Below, in pieces: positions 60,858-64,000 of a stretch of DNA of 64,000 bases. Position numbers and translations under genes: made by a program. Origin of the DNA: Escherichia coli. GTDB taxonomy: Bacteria > Pseudomonadota > Gammaproteobacteria > Enterobacterales > Enterobacteriaceae. Position 1 is the first letter of the stretch, and each line of letters begins with the position of its first letter. Location: the NCBI RefSeq assembly GCF_041248615.1, contig NZ_CP158426.1, one strand, 5' to 3'. The notes under the pieces were generated by a model, which saw only the letters and a program-made list of their open reading frames with translations, made no database searches and was not told the DNA's origin.

Positions 60858-62951
60858 TTATACCAACGCGTTCTCCATCTGTTTTTCAAATGCCTGACGA
60901 ATTAATCCCATAATGTAAGGAAGTTGTGCGAGGTCGCTGAAACCAATTTCCACATCACCATTGCCCCAGCGCCCAACATTTGTCACATCTTTGGCAATAC
61001 CTTTCGGATCGACCAGTTCATGAAACTGCATATTAAGCGACAATCGCAGTCGGCTTTTTTGCGGCACAACATCAACAAAATTCGTTTCAGCTTTAAACGC
61101 AATATATAGCTTCAATACTTCCTGCGTGATCCCTGCGTCCAGGCGCATAACTTCATCGCGAAGATGATCGAATAACACTCGGCTATGCGAACCATCAGCA
61201 AGAAAAGGAAAATCATTCAGGCTGTAACTGGTTTTGTTTTCAGGCTGCCCCCGATAAACAGCTAAAACCTCTTCAGGAAGAGCAGGCGCTTGCCAAACCT
61301 GAACCGCAAGCTCCGCCAGACGATCGGCACGGGCATGAATGGCGGCTTCATCCCATTTTTCGCACTGTCCAAGACCGATATTCAAATAGAGCGGGCTATG
61401 TTTAAAGCCGTCTTCAATATCGCGTTTTTCCGCGAAAGGTCTGTCACTGTAGCGGGAGTTATAGCGCGTTAAAGTGAGATTCCCCAACGTATGTAACAGT
61501 TCTTTATGCACACGCTGCCAGTCGCTTCCCAGCTCTTCACGCCATTTAGCCGACAGATTTTCGTTCTGCGGCATAATATGCTCAATCGTAAACTCTTCCA
61601 CGCGCTCTCTGCGTTTATCGTTTTCCAGTCGTCGTAACCAGTAGCTGCGACTACGGAAGTTATAGAGATCGCGAACTTTTAATTCCCGTTTAAATTCATC
61701 ATCGTTGGGGAAACGACGATATGAAGGCAGATTCAGAAAATGTACCTGAATACTTTCCAGATATTTTTCTTTAATAATGACCTTATAAAAGGTAGCAAAC
61801 GTCTTGTTAAGAGAATTTGTCGGAATCGCACATACTGCACGGCGGAAAACATAAGATTCAATTAAACGAATTATGCTCAGGAAATCTTCGTGAGGCAAAT
61901 CGCCATTTTTATAGTCATGATAAAGCGCCAGTAAGAAAGGATACGCCACATCGACCTTTAACTCGCGCAAATCCTGAAAAGCCGTAGCAAGCGATTTGTC
62001 ACTTTCTTTACCCAATGCCATTGCACAGTAATACTCCGCGTAGATGTGAATATCTTCAACCAGGCGATCTACGCCTTTTTCAGCAACACTCTGGCTGCGG
62101 GCATGGAGTTTAAATGCCTCATAGACTTCATCTGTCCGAGGGATCTCCCCCGTTTTTACCGTCAGATAATGACGCATAAAACTGTCAAAATATTCGCTGT
62201 AACCTTGCTGACCAAAAGCGACTTCCATGGGTCGCCAGTGATCTTCATACAACCGGGTTTGATGCTCTGGTTCGAGGCCCATCAGAATAAAATTGCGCAC
62301 CAGATCGGCCTGACTTAACGCCTTACCGGTAGAGTTCATACTTTCAAAAATCAGTTGCGGATTATCCTGACCACGATTAAGCGCCACATCGACAATTAAT
62401 AATTTTGCTAACCCACGACATAAGGGAATCAAGTCATCCCCGAGTTTGGCAATTTGTTCATCAAAGAAAGTAAAGTTTTCCATTATTCGATGGGAATAGT
62501 TTTCTGGCATTGGTCTTTGTTTTATTAACGCCAGCAAACTGTCTTTATCAGTCTCGGTCAGCAGTAATTTAAATCCTTTCTCGCCGGACTCATAAGGATT
62601 GAGTAAATAATAATTACGCAATTTCATTGCTGAAAAGCCATCAAAAACTTCGTCTTCGCCAAGATGACGCGATAAAGCCTCAATCAGCAACATTGCGGTC
62701 GTCAGCCTTTGTTGACCATCAATGACCAGTAACGGAGAAATACCAGAAACCTGATACAACCCCTGCTCAATATAAACAACCGAACCGATAAAATGCGCTG
62801 ATATATCGTCACGCTTTCCGGCACGAATGATGTCGTCCCAAAGTTGCCGACATTGTTGTTCTGTCCATGAATAAGTCCGTTGATAAATGGGAATAACAAA
62901 CTGCTGCGAACGTTTTAAAAAATCGAGTAGGCGGGCTTCTGTAGCTTTCAT
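60858..62951 (-). CDS. second DUF262 + DUF1524 (GmrSD-family) putative type IV restriction endonuclease, occupying the K-12 mcrBC slot
   Basis: 697 aa; N-terminal IPIYQRTYSW and VIDGQQRLTTA (DUF262); C-terminal FTIEHIMPQN...GNLTLTRYN (DUF1524). Confidence 0.7.
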   Translation of the reverse strand: MKATEARLLDFLKRSQQFVIPIYQRTYSWTEQQCRQLWDDIIRAGKRDDISAHFIGSVVYIEQGLYQVSGISPLLVIDGQQRLTTAMLLIEALSRHLGEDEVFDGFSAMKLRNYYLLNPYESGEKGFKLLLTETDKDSLLALIKQRPMPENYSHRIMENFTFFDEQIAKLGDDLIPLCRGLAKLLIVDVALNRGQDNPQLIFESMNSTGKALSQADLVRNFILMGLEPEHQTRLYEDHWRPMEVAFGQQGYSEYFDSFMRHYLTVKTGEIPRTDEVYEAFKLHARSQSVAEKGVDRLVEDIHIYAEYYCAMALGKESDKSLATAFQDLRELKVDVAYPFLLALYHDYKNGDLPHEDFLSIIRLIESYVFRRAVCAIPTNSLNKTFATFYKVIIKEKYLESIQVHFLNLPSYRRFPNDDEFKRELKVRDLYNFRSRSYWLRRLENDKRRERVEEFTIEHIMPQNENLSAKWREELGSDWQRVHKELLHTLGNLTLTRYNSRYSDRPFAEKRDIEDGFKHSPLYLNIGLGQCEKWDEAAIHARADRLAELAVQVWQAPALPEEVLAVYRGQPENKTSYSLNDFPFLADGSHSRVLFDHLRDEVMRLDAGITQEVLKLYIAFKAETNFVDVVPQKSRLRLSLNMQFHELVDPKGIAKDVTNVGRWGNGDVEIGFSDLAQLPYIMGLIRQAFEKQMENALV

Positions 62952-63047
62952 TCTGACGTCTTTCCGTGAAGCGATGATTTCGCAATAATAACCACTTCCT
63001 TGTGGAGGTTATAGAGAAATCCTGTTTATCCGCGACGAACTGCCCCC

Positions 63048-63212
63048 TCACTCCACATCCTCCCTGCGTAACCCAATATCCCTCAACCGCTCATCACTCA
63101 TCTGCTGTAACACCCGCCGGGCCTGCATTTGCCGCCGCCAACGCCTCACTGCCTGCCAGAGTTGCACAAGTCCAATAAACGGTGCTTTAGCTTTGTTTTC
63201 GTGAAATTCCAT
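63048..63212 (-). CDS. yjiS: YjiS (DUF1127 small protein, 54 aa; below the ORF-track length cutoff)
   Basis: hand translation gives MEFHENKAKAPFIGLVQLWQAVRRWRRQMQARRVLQQMSDERLRDIGLRREDVE, matching recalled K-12 YjiS. Confidence 0.8.
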   Translation of the reverse strand: MEFHENKAKAPFIGLVQLWQAVRRWRRQMQARRVLQQMSDERLRDIGLRREDVE

Positions 63213-63388
63213 CTGCTGCCTCCTCATCTTTCAGAGGCTTCATCATCCGCCTTCTGGCAGTTCACAATACAGATGCAAATATTAGTTTTATTTAACATAC
63301 AGACAGGTTAAAACAGCATCTGCATCCGGTTTTTTAGCCTCATCTGTACCGGTTTTTCTCTCTGTATGGTCCAAAGAAGGAATACAGC

Positions 63389-64000
63389 ATGACGCGTTAT
63401 CAACATCTGGCGACTTTGCTTGCCGAGCGGATTGAGCAAGGGCTGTATCGTCACGGGGAGAAATTGCCGTCGGTGCGCAGCTTAAGTCAGGAGCACGGCG
63501 TCAGCATCAGCACCGTGCAGCAGGCGTACCAGACGCTGGAGACGATGAAGCTCATCACTCCGCAGCCGCGTTCGGGTTATTTTGTCGCACAACGTAAAGC
63601 CCAGCCGCCAGTACCACCAATGACGCGTCCGGTGCAGCGCCCGGTGGAAATTACCCAGTGGGATCAGGTGCTGGATATGCTGGAGGCGCATAGCGACAGT
63701 TCCATTGTACCGTTAAGCAAAAGCACGCCGGATGTCGAAACGCCCAGCCTGAAACCGCTGTGGCGTGAGCTAAGCCGGGTGGTGCAGCATAATCTGCAAA
63801 CCGTTCTCGGTTATGACTTGTTAGCCGGTCAGCGAGTGTTGCGAGAGCAGATTGCCCGCCTGATGCTCGACAGCGGCTCGGTGGTCACTGCCGATGACAT
63901 CATCATCACCAGCGGCTGCCATAACTCGATGTCGCTGGCGTTAATGGCGGTGTGTAAACCGGGCGATATTGTCGCGGTCGAATCCCCCTGTTATTACGGT
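63389..64000 (+). CDS. yjiR: MocR/GntR-family regulator YjiR, 5' portion (runs off the window end)
   Basis: ATG 63389, in frame to the window end; N-terminal GntR HTH (MTRYQHLATLLAERIEQGLYRHGEKLPSVRSLSQEHGVSISTVQQAY) then aminotransferase-like region. Confidence 0.85.
   Translation, partial: MTRYQHLATLLAERIEQGLYRHGEKLPSVRSLSQEHGVSISTVQQAYQTLETMKLITPQPRSGYFVAQRKAQPPVPPMTRPVQRPVEITQWDQVLDMLEAHSDSSIVPLSKSTPDVETPSLKPLWRELSRVVQHNLQTVLGYDLLAGQRVLREQIARLMLDSGSVVTADDIIITSGCHNSMSLALMAVCKPGDIVAVESPCYYG

Overview
The window reads as an E. coli K-12-like chromosomal segment (reverse of K-12 orientation) carrying three accessory blocks. Identifications rest on reading the ORF-track proteins against recalled E. 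coli sequences and motifs; no database search was run. (1) 1..~19591 is the right arm of a mosaic lambdoid prophage that runs off the left edge of the window: cspB/cspF cold-shock pair, Q antiterminator, DUF968, KilA-N protein, RusA, a LexA-DBD-only paralog, a replication initiator with iteron-like repeats, YdaT/YdaS(cro)-like genes, CI-like S24 repressor, a BRCT-domain repeat protein, a yfdPQRST-like module split by IS1, an IS256-family copy, an AT-rich CHAT-protease gene and a tyrosine integrase. Its junction falls inside the 5' coding region of prfC. (2) Core genes follow: yjjG-rimI-holD-rsmC, BIME repeats, three tandem tRNA-Leu(CAG), yjjZ, fhuF, bglJ-yjjQ, yjjPB, dnaTC, yjjA, opgB, lgoDRT, tsr. 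The complete 4-hydroxyphenylacetate (hpa) catabolic cluster (hpaR, hpaGEDFHI, hpaX, hpaA, hpaBC) sits between tsr and btsT; it is absent from K-12. (3) After btsT-yjiX-yjiA comes a variant immigration-control region: a type IB-sized hsdR-hsdM-hsdS system flanked on each side by a DUF262/DUF1524 (GmrSD-like) putative type IV restriction gene, in the slots that mrr and mcrBC occupy in K-12, with symE retained, then yjiS and the start of yjiR. The best candidates for an undescribed system are the solitary CHAT-protease gene next to the integrase, the BRCT/repeat protein under a duplicated operator-like control region, and the LexA-box / LexA-DBD paralog / KilA-N arrangement.
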